64,000 nt of DNA from Bacillota bacterium (GTDB lineage Bacteria > Bacillota > Ch66 > Ch109): assembly GCA_050952625.1 (NCBI GenBank), contig JBMNLH010000002.1, forward strand, positions 32,001 to 96,000, written 5' to 3'. The notes below the pieces were generated by a model. The model searched no databases. It was not told the origin of the DNA and saw only the letters and a list, made by a program, of their open reading frames with translations. Below are positions 8,224 through 20,483 of the stretch, one piece after another; position 1 is the stretch's first letter, and the number at the start of each line of letters is the position of its first letter. A program made the translations under genes and the position numbers.

Positions 8224-9999
8224 CTACCACTGCTTTTTCCCAAAAAGCTCGCCCCAGCGCGCAGACACCCGCTGTACGATATCCTCCCGAGAAACCAGTT
8301 CCCCGGGGTAATCTGGCTTCATGCGGGCATCAATCACAATCGGCCCTCGGTACAGAATCCGATTACGCCGGACCGTCTGTTCGGCGTAGATGTCCCAGGC
8401 CGGGTCAAAACGAGTGAAAATGGTCCAGAGAAATGAAGTCTGATCCTGAATACTGTCGGCGTCATCCACCACCACGACCAGCGGCCAGTCCGCCAGTTGA
8501 GCCTGATTAGCCTGTACCAGTTGGCCGGCTAATTCGGGATTTTGGGTAAAAGACTCCCCAGAAACGATCAAGCAGCCGGCACAGTAAGGCTTCACCTGCC
8601 TTACTCCAGGCAAAGGACCGCCTCGGTATTCCCGCGGCAGTGCCCGGACCGGTTGACCCAGGCCGGTCATAATCGCCTTGCTGCCCTGGTTAAACTTGCG
8701 TCCAGTATAATCCAGAGTATCCATGGCCGTATCTTTAATGATCAGCAGATCCCGCTCCGGGTTAAATCGTTCCAGGACTCGTTCCAACAGTTCGGCAAAA
8801 CGCTGAAGGTTACACGGAACATCAGTGACAATCAAGAATTTAGTTAAGGACAACTGCCCTTCGCCCAGAATTCGAAAAGCGTGGGCTAAAGCTTCCCGGT
8901 AGTAACTCTCTCGGACCACCGCCGCAGCCAGGGAATGAAAGCCGGTTTCCGCATAGGTCCACAGAGCCTTAACCCCGGGCATGATCACTGGGAATAGGGG
9001 GGATAACAGGCTTTGAAAGTAATCCCCGATGTAATAATCTTCTTGCCGCGGCTTGCCAACCACTGTGGCCGGGTAGATGGCATCCCGCCGGTGATAGACT
9101 GTCTTCATGTTGATAACCGGGAAGTCGTGGACCAGGGAATAATAGCCGTAATGGTCACCAAAAGGCCCTTCCGGCCGCCGAACTCCAGGAGGAACTTCCC
9201 CGCAAAAGGCAAACTCAGCTTCGGCGATCAGGGGATGGGCGTGATCACTAGCCGTTGCTAGATTCAATTTATCGCCCATTAAAAAGGAAGCAAAAATCAA
9301 TTCCGGCACCATTTCCGGCAAAGCAGCAATGGCGGCTAGGGTTAAGGCCGGCGGGCCGCCTAAAAAAACGGTCACTGGCAGGGGCTGACCAGCTTGCTCC
9401 GCCTCATAGTGGTGAAAGCCGCCTCCTTTATGGATCTGCCAGTGGATCCCGGTTTGGTTCGCCGAATAAAGCTGGACCCGATACATGCCTAGGTTGTGCT
9501 GCCGGGTTCGAGGGTGCTCAGTATAAACCAGCGGCAGGGTCAGAAAGCGTCCCCCGTCTTCCGGCCAACTGACCAAGGCTGGCAGTTGGCGCAGGTCTAC
9601 CTGGTCTTGGTGCTCGCGGCACTCCATGACCGGGGCTTCTCGGGAACTCACGGTCCTCAGCCCGGTCTTGGCGATGTCCAACAACCAATTCCGTTCCCGC
9701 CACAGGGTCCCCAGCTTCGGCGGAATTAAACGGTCAATCGCTTCGACTGCCTGGTTAATAATCGCCTCCGGCCTTGGTCCCATGGCCAGGTCCACCCGGT
9801 GGCGGGTACCGAACAAGTTGGTCGCTACTGGATACGGGCTTCCCTTAACGTTGGTAAAAATCAATCCTGGCCCCTGTTCTTCCACGACCCGGCGGTGGAT
9901 CTCTGCCAGTTCCAGATCTGGATCAACTGGGGCCGATACCTCAACAATCTCTTTTTCCTTTTGTAGCAGTTTGATAAAACTCCGTAAATTTCTGTGCAT
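8224..9999 (-). CDS. ubiD: UbiD family prFMN-dependent decarboxylase (possibly menaquinone-pathway type)
   Basis: NLGMYRVQ, WQIHKGG, EGPFGDHYGYY and IDARMK motifs. Confidence 0.9.
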   Translation of the reverse strand: MHRNLRSFIKLLQKEKEIVEVSAPVDPDLELAEIHRRVVEEQGPGLIFTNVKGSPYPVATNLFGTRHRVDLAMGPRPEAIINQAVEAIDRLIPPKLGTLWRERNWLLDIAKTGLRTVSSREAPVMECREHQDQVDLRQLPALVSWPEDGGRFLTLPLVYTEHPRTRQHNLGMYRVQLYSANQTGIHWQIHKGGGFHHYEAEQAGQPLPVTVFLGGPPALTLAAIAALPEMVPELIFASFLMGDKLNLATASDHAHPLIAEAEFAFCGEVPPGVRRPEGPFGDHYGYYSLVHDFPVINMKTVYHRRDAIYPATVVGKPRQEDYYIGDYFQSLLSPLFPVIMPGVKALWTYAETGFHSLAAAVVRESYYREALAHAFRILGEGQLSLTKFLIVTDVPCNLQRFAELLERVLERFNPERDLLIIKDTAMDTLDYTGRKFNQGSKAIMTGLGQPVRALPREYRGGPLPGVRQVKPYCAGCLIVSGESFTQNPELAGQLVQANQAQLADWPLVVVVDDADSIQDQTSFLWTIFTRFDPAWDIYAEQTVRRNRILYRGPIVIDARMKPDYPGELVSREDIVQRVSARWGELFGKKQW

Positions 10000-10008
10000 A
10001 TTCCACCT

Positions 10009-10422
10009 CTAGTTATTTTTGGGACAGTGGGACCGATCAATCATTTCTCTAGCTGCCGCCAGGCAGTTATTAAGAATAATCTCTAGTTCCCGGTTTTTCG
10101 CCTTATTAATATGGATACCGGCAGCAACCACGGTCGTTTGTTGCGTTGCGCGACAGATCATCTCCGCCACTGGCCGGGCCGCTTCAACATCCTTGTGTCC
10201 CGGAACCGGCAGGATCCAAGTGTCACAACTAACCCCTTCACCGGTTAAACTGGGTCGGGGGACGCTCAGCACAACACCCCCAACATGAGGCTTCTCTCCT
10301 CCTAGGAGTTGAGCGATTATCCCATTTCCGGTCAAGGTTGCGGTTAAGGTAATCTGGTACCGTCCTTCACCGTTCTTAACGGCAACAGTCTTTATCTCGG
10401 GGTTTATTGGCGGTGTTTGCAT
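10009..10422 (-). CDS. LpdD-like protein (UbiD-associated putative prFMN chaperone)
   Basis: GGEKPHVGGV, PGHKD and AGIHI motifs; directly upstream of ubiD. Confidence 0.7.
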   Translation of the reverse strand: MQTPPINPEIKTVAVKNGEGRYQITLTATLTGNGIIAQLLGGEKPHVGGVVLSVPRPSLTGEGVSCDTWILPVPGHKDVEAARPVAEMICRATQQTTVVAAGIHINKAKNRELEIILNNCLAAAREMIDRSHCPKNN

Positions 10423-10757
10423 CTATTCTGCATCTCCCTATATATAAAATAAGCATTAAAAACAGACAATCCTTTAGTTATGAAACTATTATGCGAGCTG
10501 TACTAAGGTATTTCAATGTACGTAGGCAATAACCTGATACTATTTATAATCTGTTCAATTGCCAGCTTTCCTTCCCTTTTGGTCACTATGTCTGTACCCA
10601 GCGGGAAATTGAGGCTGTGGCGTTGTAGTTTTCAAGGGTGAACAGCCGATATAAAACCGTTTTGATAACCGTTTTATATAGCCGCTTATATAGCCGTTAT
10701 ATAACAGAGGTATTTTAAGGTCATAGTTTAAAATCACGAATAAATGCACATATTGTA

Positions 10758-12860
<2,103 letters not shown>

Positions 12861-13020
12861 TTAAACAAAGAATCTTGTTCTACGCGGGTACTCAGAATAT
12901 ATAGTAAGCGATTACATTAAGATTCTTCGCTCTGCTCAGAATTAATCACGCATTACTGCACCAACGATAAACGAATAATGGTCGTATTCATAGCAATGAC
13001 ACGACTGAACCAGGTTTAAT

Positions 13021-14436
13021 TTATCTCTTTTGATTTCCCAGAAATTTAACCAACACCGGAACGACCTGTTTTTTACGGGAAATTACCCCGGGCAAAAAGA
13101 CGCTGTCACTCTCCCGCAGTCCCCCTGGCCGGTCGACTTTTTCCGCCCAGGCCCCGGCTTCTACGTTAACTCCACTGTAATCCCGAAAAGCCTGGGCAAT
13201 TCGGGTCGGATTCTTCCCCTCCACCAGCAGTTCCGTACCCTCACTCAAAAGATCGGTCACCATTAAAACGACTAGATCATACCCGGCATACTGCCGGGCC
13301 TTTTCCAATACATCCCTCAGAGAGTCTTTCAGGGGTTCGAGGACATCCAGCCCCATAACCTCAATCTGGCTGATCCCGACCCGTTCATCCCCCAGGAAAA
13401 ACTCCTTAAAATCTTCATAAAACAGGTCTTCCGCCGAACGTCCGTCCAGATCTACGGCTGCCCGGAACATCTCCCTGCCCAGGGCTTCTGGATCCACCCC
13501 CGCCACCCGGGCCATGCTTTGGGCCAGCTGCCGATCCCGGTCCGTGCAGGTGGGTGACTTAAAGATTACTGTATCTGACAGAATTCCGGCACATAAAAGG
13601 CCGGCTACTTCCGGGGCCGGGGTTAAGCCATTCTCGAAAAACATAGCCGCCACCAGCGTACAGGTGCTGCCCACCGGTTCACTTCTGACATAAATAGGTT
13701 CCCCAGTCTGCAGGTCTCCCAATCGGTGGTGGTCGATTATCTCAAGGATTTCCGCCTCTTCAATCCCGGGCACTGCCTGTCCCTTCTCATTGTGATCGAC
13801 TAAAATCACCTGTTTACGGCTAAAAGCCAGCAAATGATAGCGCGAAATCAGTCCCAGTAAACGATAATCCTCATCAACAACCGGATAGTTCCGGTAACGA
13901 GTCTCCAACATCAACCGTCGGGCATCTCCCAGAAGGTCATCCGCTACAAAAAAGACTAACGAATCGGTTCGCATTATGCAGCTGACTGGCTGCGCTAACA
14001 GTTGCTGAATCTGACGGCCGGCTTGAACCGGATCGTCCTGGGATATTTCTTCCAAATATTTCTGGGCTAAATCCCCCACCGTCAAAATCCCCAAGAGCCG
14101 ATTGCGTGAGTCAACCACCGGCAGGGTCTTTACCTGACGTGTCCGCATCAGGTCCCCTACCTCGCGCAAAGGAGTAGAGGCGGGTACCGTAATCGGTCTT
14201 CGGTCAATCAGATCAGCTACCCGAACGTGTATATCCTCGACCAATTCCGGCTCCCCAACGACAAATCGGCTCAAAACATAGCGGGTTTGCGGATTAATCG
14301 GCCCGGCTCGTCCAGCCCTAACGTTAGTAAACCCCAACTGTTGCTTTAAGTGAGCATAAGCGATAGCTGAACAAATCGAATCAGTATCCGGACGGGTATG
14401 TCCTAAAACATAAATAAGCCTTGGCTTGATTGGCAT
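13021..14436 (-). CDS. ppaC: Mn-dependent inorganic pyrophosphatase (family II) with CBS pair
   Basis: GHTRPDTDS, LVDHNE, IIDHH and SRKKQVVP motifs; CBS insert. Confidence 0.93.
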   Translation of the reverse strand: MPIKPRLIYVLGHTRPDTDSICSAIAYAHLKQQLGFTNVRAGRAGPINPQTRYVLSRFVVGEPELVEDIHVRVADLIDRRPITVPASTPLREVGDLMRTRQVKTLPVVDSRNRLLGILTVGDLAQKYLEEISQDDPVQAGRQIQQLLAQPVSCIMRTDSLVFFVADDLLGDARRLMLETRYRNYPVVDEDYRLLGLISRYHLLAFSRKQVILVDHNEKGQAVPGIEEAEILEIIDHHRLGDLQTGEPIYVRSEPVGSTCTLVAAMFFENGLTPAPEVAGLLCAGILSDTVIFKSPTCTDRDRQLAQSMARVAGVDPEALGREMFRAAVDLDGRSAEDLFYEDFKEFFLGDERVGISQIEVMGLDVLEPLKDSLRDVLEKARQYAGYDLVVLMVTDLLSEGTELLVEGKNPTRIAQAFRDYSGVNVEAGAWAEKVDRPGGLRESDSVFLPGVISRKKQVVPVLVKFLGNQKR

Positions 14437-14523
14437 TGATTTTTCCTCGCGTAATTTTTCCTCACATAATTTTTCTGAAAAGCTACTACTACAACTTTAC
14501 TGTTTTATATTAAAAATAAAACA

Positions 14524-14620
14524 GCTTATGTTTTACTCGGTTCAGCAGACTTGGCTGGGAACGAAATAATGAATGATGAAAATCGTCAATCCCTGACCTC
14601 GTTAATACACTCTCGATCAT
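14524..14620 (+). repeat. REPIN-like dispersed repeat, solo copy
   Basis: GCTTATGTTTTACTCGGTTCAGC..CTGGGAACGAA...CTGACCTCGTTAATACAC matches the reverse complement of the 58362-58970 unit. Confidence 0.7.
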
Positions 14621-14672
14621 GGTTTTTTCAATACTATTTTATGATAAAACAGATACAACCGATTTGACCCTG

Positions 14673-17177
14673 CTACTCCGCTACTTTGGTTAATGGAGCA
14701 TAAGCCAGCATTAGCTGTTTGATTCCCTGTTCGGGAAAAGCCACGGCCACCTGACTATCCGGCCCCTCCCCTTTGACCTGAACCACTACGCCTGGTCCCC
14801 ACTTAGTATGCACAACTTTATCTCCGACCGTCAAACTCTGGATTTCTTTGGCCTTACCCTTGTCCGCTCCGGTTTTTTGCGTTGTATCTCCGGATTTTCG
14901 CCGGACATCAGTGAGCGTTTTCTTTTTACCCTGACGGCCAGACTCAACCTGATTACCAGCGGCCGGAACCGAATAGTAGCTTAAACCCTCTTCCGTTGCT
15001 GAATCGGTCTTACTTTTTACCGAGCCTGAACTCCGGCGATTAGCAAGACTGGGATCCTGGTTGGAGATCAGGTGTGGCGGTATCTCAGTCAAAAAACGGG
15101 AAGGCGGATTGTTGCGCTGAAACCCGAAAATGGTCCGAGCTAAAGCGTGGGTTAGGTAAAGTTTTTCTTTGGCCCGGGTAATCCCCACATAACAGAGCCG
15201 CCGCTCCTCCTCCAGTTCGTCTTGATCAAACTTAGCCCGGGAATGGGGAAAGACATCCTCTTCCATCCCAGTTAAAAAGACAACTGGAAACTCCAGCCCT
15301 TTAGCCCCGTGCAGGGTCATCAGGACTACCGTGTCCTCTTCCTCGGAATAGGTATCCAGGCTGGTGACTAACGCAATCCTGGCCAGGAATTGGCCCAGAC
15401 GGCTCAGGCCGGCTTTCTGGTTTCCTGAGTTATTTATGTTGCTTGCATTATCAAGCAAATTATTAGTAATTGAGTTATTAGCTAATCTATTCGTTGAATT
15501 ATGGCTATTTGAATTATTAATTGAATTATTAACTAACGCATTTATAGGGGGATCGGTTTCCAAAGTAATTTCTTCCTTGTCAGGACCAAGGTCTTCCTCC
15601 TCATCAAATTCCTCCGGGTGCTCATCATAGTCTTTAGTGACTGACAAAAACTCCTGCAGGTTCTCAATGCGGGACCGCGCTTCTACCGTGTTCTCTGCTT
15701 GCAGTTCCCTTAAGTAACCGCTCCGTTCCAGAACCTGCTGGACCAGCGGGGTGAGTTCAGCCTGATCACCCAACCGTCTAAAGCTTTCCATTAATTCGGC
15801 AAAAATGACTACTGGGTGAGCCGGTTTCCCCTGTTCTTTTAACTGGCTGCCCATTAAACATACCGCTTCATAATAAGAGATTTCTCGCTCAGCCGCCAAT
15901 TCGACGATTCTTTTCCAGGTAACGTCACCGATTCCCCGCCGGGGAACATTGATTATCCGAGACAAACTGACATTATCAGCCGGATTGGCGATTACCCGAA
16001 GATAGGCCAGCAGATCCCTGATTTCTTTTCGCTGATAAAACCCCTGACCCCCAATAATCCGAAAGGGAATCTGAAACCGCAACAAGGCCTCCTCTAACAC
16101 CCGGGATTGAGCATGCACCCGATAGAAGACGGCAAAATCCCGATACCTTCTCTTTTCCTGTTGCTTAAGGAATAAAATACGTTCTGCCACAAAGCGGGCC
16201 TCATCCTGCTCGGTAAACCCCTGGTATTCAATAATCGGTTGTCCGGGACCATTGCTGGTCCATAACTTTTTCTCTTTCCGTGACCGGTTCTGTTTCACCA
16301 CCTGGTTAGCGGCTTCCAAAATTGTTTGCGTGGATCGGTAATTTTCTTCTAATTTGATGATCCGGGCCTCCGGATAATCCTTCTCAAAATTTAGGATATT
16401 GGTCAGATCCGCCCCCCGCCAGCCATAGATAGATTGGTCCGGGTCGCCGACTACACACAGGTTGCGGTGTTTATCGGCCAGCATCTTGACTAAGACATAC
16501 TGGGAGTGGTTGGTGTCCTGGTATTCATCGACCAGGATATACTGAAACTTATTCTGGTAATAGTCGAGGATCTCGGGGTTGTCCCGAAAGAGCTGAACCG
16601 TTTGCATGATCAGATCGTCAAAATCCAAGCCGTTCAATTCCTTGAGCCGTTTTTGATACCAGATATAGAGCTCGGCTATTTTTTTATCGTTGAGAGTGGA
16701 TGCCCGCCGGGCAAACCCTTCCGGGCCTAACAGTCTGTTTTTGGCCTCACCAATTTGATAGGCAATACTGCGCGGTGGGTATTTTTTTTCATCCAGGTTA
16801 AAGGTCCGCAAACCCTCCTTAATCAAGGTCTGCTGGTCAGAGTCATCATAGATGGTGAAATCACGGGAATACCCCAGGACCTCAATTTCTCGCCGCAAAA
16901 TGCGGGTACAAGCGGCATGAAATGTGCATACCCAAGGGCTTTTAAAAAAAGAAAGCATATTAACCAGGCGGCTTTTCATCTCCTGCGCCGCCTTGTTGGT
17001 AAAGGTGATCGCCAGAATATTAAAGGGGTTTACCCGCCGTTCTTCCACTAGATAAGCGATTCGGTAGGTCAACACCCGGGTTTTCCCGCTCCCCGCCCCG
17101 GCCAGGACCAGCACCGGGCCTTCGGTCTGGCAGACCGCTTCTCTCTGTTCCGAATTAAGTTGTTCTAATAGCTCCAC
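14673..17177 (-). CDS. pcrA: ATP-dependent DNA helicase PcrA (with Asn-rich insertion)
   Basis: AGAGSGKT, VDEYQDTN, TLHGAKGLEF and EEERRLCYVGITRA motifs; C-terminal Tudor-like domain. Confidence 0.97.
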   Translation of the reverse strand: MELLEQLNSEQREAVCQTEGPVLVLAGAGSGKTRVLTYRIAYLVEERRVNPFNILAITFTNKAAQEMKSRLVNMLSFFKSPWVCTFHAACTRILRREIEVLGYSRDFTIYDDSDQQTLIKEGLRTFNLDEKKYPPRSIAYQIGEAKNRLLGPEGFARRASTLNDKKIAELYIWYQKRLKELNGLDFDDLIMQTVQLFRDNPEILDYYQNKFQYILVDEYQDTNHSQYVLVKMLADKHRNLCVVGDPDQSIYGWRGADLTNILNFEKDYPEARIIKLEENYRSTQTILEAANQVVKQNRSRKEKKLWTSNGPGQPIIEYQGFTEQDEARFVAERILFLKQQEKRRYRDFAVFYRVHAQSRVLEEALLRFQIPFRIIGGQGFYQRKEIRDLLAYLRVIANPADNVSLSRIINVPRRGIGDVTWKRIVELAAEREISYYEAVCLMGSQLKEQGKPAHPVVIFAELMESFRRLGDQAELTPLVQQVLERSGYLRELQAENTVEARSRIENLQEFLSVTKDYDEHPEEFDEEEDLGPDKEEITLETDPPINALVNNSINNSNSHNSTNRLANNSITNNLLDNASNINNSGNQKAGLSRLGQFLARIALVTSLDTYSEEEDTVVLMTLHGAKGLEFPVVFLTGMEEDVFPHSRAKFDQDELEEERRLCYVGITRAKEKLYLTHALARTIFGFQRNNPPSRFLTEIPPHLISNQDPSLANRRSSGSVKSKTDSATEEGLSYYSVPAAGNQVESGRQGKKKTLTDVRRKSGDTTQKTGADKGKAKEIQSLTVGDKVVHTKWGPGVVVQVKGEGPDSQVAVAFPEQGIKQLMLAYAPLTKVAE

Positions 17178-17438
17178 ATCGTTCCTCCAAAAAATGACGT
17201 GCTATAATTGTTCTATTTTTATTATTGTATCACTGAAGAAGCTGTAACGCCTAGGGCATTGGTAATGAACGTGTTATTTATTTACTGATAGCTTAACTTC
17301 TATAACTAATAATAGGGTTATGCGTGGCTATCTATAACAATTTGTTATTACTAGTATAAAGGTATTTTCATCTTGGTCTAGAATATGTATTTTGTTAAGG
17401 TGCCTTGCAAATTATCATTCAAAGTAGGAGGAATAGAA

Positions 17439-18518
17439 TTGAGTCGAGAAAAATTGTTAATGGCTTTAACCGGGGTGGTGATTGGAGGACTGGCGGTATG
17501 GCTGGTGGTTTTAGGCAACCCGGCAAATATGGGATTTTGTATTGCATGCTTTTTACGAGATACAGCCGGAGGACTGGGATTGCACCGAGCAAGTATTGTC
17601 CAATATGTGCGGCCTGAGTTAATAGGCTTGGCCTTTGGTGCTTTTATTTCTGCCTTTAGTGCAAAAGAATTTCGGAGTCGCGGCGGTTCGGCCACCTTTG
17701 TGCGTTTTATTCTTGGTGCTTTTATGATGATCGGGGCACTCGTTTTCCTGGGCTGTCCTCTCCGGGACATCCTTAGATTAGGCGGGGGAGATCTCAACGC
17801 GCTAGTAGGATTTGCTGGCTTCCTCGGAGGAGTACTCTTTGGGGTATTTTTTCTGAAGAAAGGATTTAATTTAGGCGCGGCTAAAAGGGAAAAGGTTACC
17901 CCGGCCGGAGGTTATATTTTTATCTTATTAGTTCTCCTTATTTTTGGTCTTCTGGTTTTTGGAATTAGTTTTAATCCTGCAGCAGGCGGTCCACTGTTTT
18001 TTAGTCAAGAGGGCCCGGGAAGCATGCACGCTCCTTTATGGATCGCTTTAGTTGCTGGTCTGATCGTTGGTTTCCTGGCTCAAAAAACAAGAATGTGTTT
18101 GAGTGGCGGGTTCAGAGATTTCTTTTTGATCAGGGAAACCGGCCTGTTAATCGCCTATGGGTTTATTTTTCTCACCGTGCTGATCCTTAACCTTTATTTG
18201 GGCAAATTTCATTTGGGTTTTGCCAACCAACCCATTGCCCATACTAACCATCTATTTAATTTCTTGGGACTGTTCTTGGTTGGTCAAACTGCGGTACTGC
18301 TTGGAGGATGCCCGTTACGGCAAATAGTTTTGAGCAGTGAAGGAGATATGGACGCAGCAACCACGGTACTAGGAATGATTTTTGGGGCCGCTATCGCCCA
18401 TAATTTTATGCTAGCGGCAAGTACAAATGGGGTCGCGATTTTCGGTCAGGTGGCAGTAGCGGCCGGGATAATTATTGTCAGTTTAATCGCTTGGGCTTAT
18501 CGGGAGGTGGATGCATAA
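17439..18518 (+). CDS. yedE: YedE family (selenium/sulfur metabolism) membrane protein
   Basis: GNPANMGFCIACFLRD, LGCPLR and GGCPLRQ motifs; TTG start after AGGAGG. Confidence 0.9.
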   Translation: MSREKLLMALTGVVIGGLAVWLVVLGNPANMGFCIACFLRDTAGGLGLHRASIVQYVRPELIGLAFGAFISAFSAKEFRSRGGSATFVRFILGAFMMIGALVFLGCPLRDILRLGGGDLNALVGFAGFLGGVLFGVFFLKKGFNLGAAKREKVTPAGGYIFILLVLLIFGLLVFGISFNPAAGGPLFFSQEGPGSMHAPLWIALVAGLIVGFLAQKTRMCLSGGFRDFFLIRETGLLIAYGFIFLTVLILNLYLGKFHLGFANQPIAHTNHLFNFLGLFLVGQTAVLLGGCPLRQIVLSSEGDMDAATTVLGMIFGAAIAHNFMLAASTNGVAIFGQVAVAAGIIIVSLIAWAYREVDA

Positions 18519-18727
18519 TGGCCAACCTAGACGTGCGGGGATTAAGTTGTCCTTTGCCGGTACTTAAGACGCAAAAAGCTCTGGAAAAAGGGATTGAGGA
18601 ACTGCGGGTAATAGGTTCTGGGAACACTGCCAAACATAATGTTAGTAAGTTCGCAAAGGCTAAAGGTTATCAAGTTAATGTAACCAGTGAAACAGATGAC
18701 GAGTGGTGCCTGATGATTAAAAAGTAG
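18518..18727 (+). CDS. TusA/SirA-like sulfurtransferase (YedF-like)
   Basis: LDVRGLSCPLPVLKT motif; ATG overlaps the yedE stop. Confidence 0.9.
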   Translation: MANLDVRGLSCPLPVLKTQKALEKGIEELRVIGSGNTAKHNVSKFAKAKGYQVNVTSETDDEWCLMIKK

Positions 18728-18893
18728 GCTAACAAAAAAGCGATTGCTGTTTCGCTGAAATTACGATTATCTAAAATTTGTGCGAAATAAAACAAAGCAC
18801 CGATTCTTGCATAATGAAGAGGTAACCACACCCAAAATTATGAAAGGATGGTGCTTTGCTTGCTCAACCTGTCAATATGCCAAAAATATAATG

Positions 18894-19728
18894 TTATGAA
18901 TCACGCCACCGCCGGACCGCCCCGACGAATTCCTGGACTTTCTGCGGGTCAAGGTACCCCTCCCGATTGACCCCGCTAAACACATCCACCCCATAAGGCC
19001 TCGCCTTTTGCAAGGCATCGGCTACATTCTTCGCTTGCAGCCCGCCGGCCAGGATAAATGGTCTAGGCCAGACTGCATCCCTGATCTGGCGGGCGATCGC
19101 GAAATCCGCCACCTGACCGGTTGAGCCTACCTTGTTTTTCTGAGCACTGTCCAGTAGAATCGCATCAGCCCCGGCCGCAAGATAAGCCGCGATCAGGTTC
19201 TTTAGGGCGTTGTCGAGCTGGAAACTGCCTTCATCTGGTTGTTTGCCCACATTGCTGGTGCAGCTTGACCGGATTTTGTACTTATGGTCGTTGTGCTGGG
19301 GGTCGTTATGTTTGTGGTCGTTATGTTTGCGGTCGCTGTGTCTGTGGTCGTTGTGTTCTGAGGTTGTGGCGATTGCCATCAAGAAGCTGCTCCCCCTGCA
19401 GGTGCAGGGTCTTAATTATTTTTACCGGCAGTCTTTGCTTGAGGACCGCTACCTCCTCCGGTCCATTAAACCCATGGAGCTGGACCGCACTGGGGCGCAC
19501 ATAGTCCACCAAACGGCAGATTTCCTCAATTCTTTCCTCCGTCAGAATCAAGACGCTGCTCATCAAGGGCGGGACAAGAGCACTCAGTTGCCGGGCCTGC
19601 TCCCGAGAGAGGTTGCACGGCAGGGGCTGACTGACCTCAGTAATGAGGCCAATCGCGTCTACCCCGGCCATGGCCAGCAGTTCGATATCGGCTTCCTGTC
19701 GGCTGCCGCACACCATGATTCTGGTCAA
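18894..19728 (-). pseudogene. trpF: Phosphoribosylanthranilate isomerase, frameshifted, with His-rich repeat insert
   Basis: N-half (IMVCG, VQLHG) and C-half (LLDS, GSTG, LAGGL, VDVFSGV) lie in different frames, with the shift near 19360. Confidence 0.85.
19281..19355 (-). repeat. 15-bp tandem repeat x5 (encodes HNDHK-like units) inside trpF
   Basis: Directly visible CAYAACGACCACAAA-type units. Confidence 0.9.
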
Positions 19729-20483
19729 TGGAATCCCCTCCTGGCTTGAACAAAACTAGCTACCGTACTCGCCGGGTCAGCAGCAATGAGAAAGGCGGTT
19801 CCCGCCAGGACCGCATCCGCCCCGGCCGTTAATGATCGCTGCACATCCTCAGGTCCTTGGTGAGCACTCTCACTCAAAATCAAGGCCTCGCCAACCACCG
19901 GCCGGTAAGCAGTGAGCATTTCCTGATTTAACCGAATCAGGTCTTCTCCCATCTCCAACTCGTCAATATTTTTGTTGTTTATCCCCACTAATCGGGGAGG
20001 CCTTGCTAAGTTAGCCAGATATGGCAGATCTGCCGGCCCCCTGGTCTCCACCAGGGCCAACATCCCTTGCGCATGCACATACTGTAATAAATCAGGCAGT
20101 TGCTCTTTGACAAGATGGAGCGGTCAGCAGAAGGGTAACCCGGCGGCGCCAGGCCGAATTAACCGCTGATACCAGTTTAGCGTAATAATCAATCTGTTCC
20201 CGAGCTAAGATAAAGTCCTTAATCAATAACGGCAAGGATGTTGCCTGTAGTACGGCCGGTATATCCATTTCCGGCTGACCGCCGAAATGCTTGCGCTCCG
20301 TGACCAGCGAAATACCCGAGGCCCCGCCGGTCTGGTAACAGCGGGCCAGAGGAGGCAGCATCCCGCTCATCCCGACCCAGTTTATTAGCCAGTTTGGGGA
20401 TCACCCGTTTAATCTCAGCGACAACTCGGGACAATGCCCTTTTGGCGTGAACAGGCAAGCGATTCCCAAAGATTCAGGGTCAA
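19725..20483 (-). pseudogene. trpC: Indole-3-glycerol phosphate synthase with three +1 frameshifts
   Basis: VVAEIKR, ISLVTE..HFGG, LLIKDFI, LVE, VGINN, SES and DAVLAGT motifs spread over several frames; shifts near 20426, 20350 and 20118; TTG start overlaps the trpD stop. Confidence 0.85.

Noticed and set aside
12866-12945. REP-like GATTCTTCGCTCTGCTCAGAAT sequence upstream of ligA
   Set aside because: Single degenerate instance in the window; a repeat family cannot be established
15400-15630. Intein in PcrA
   Set aside because: The insert is short and low-complexity and lacks Cys/Ser start and His-Asn end splicing motifs
19121-19749. Cys-rich (CGRYV)n and (WSLCL)n plus-strand ORFs
   Set aside because: Antisense readings of the 15-bp repeat inside trpF
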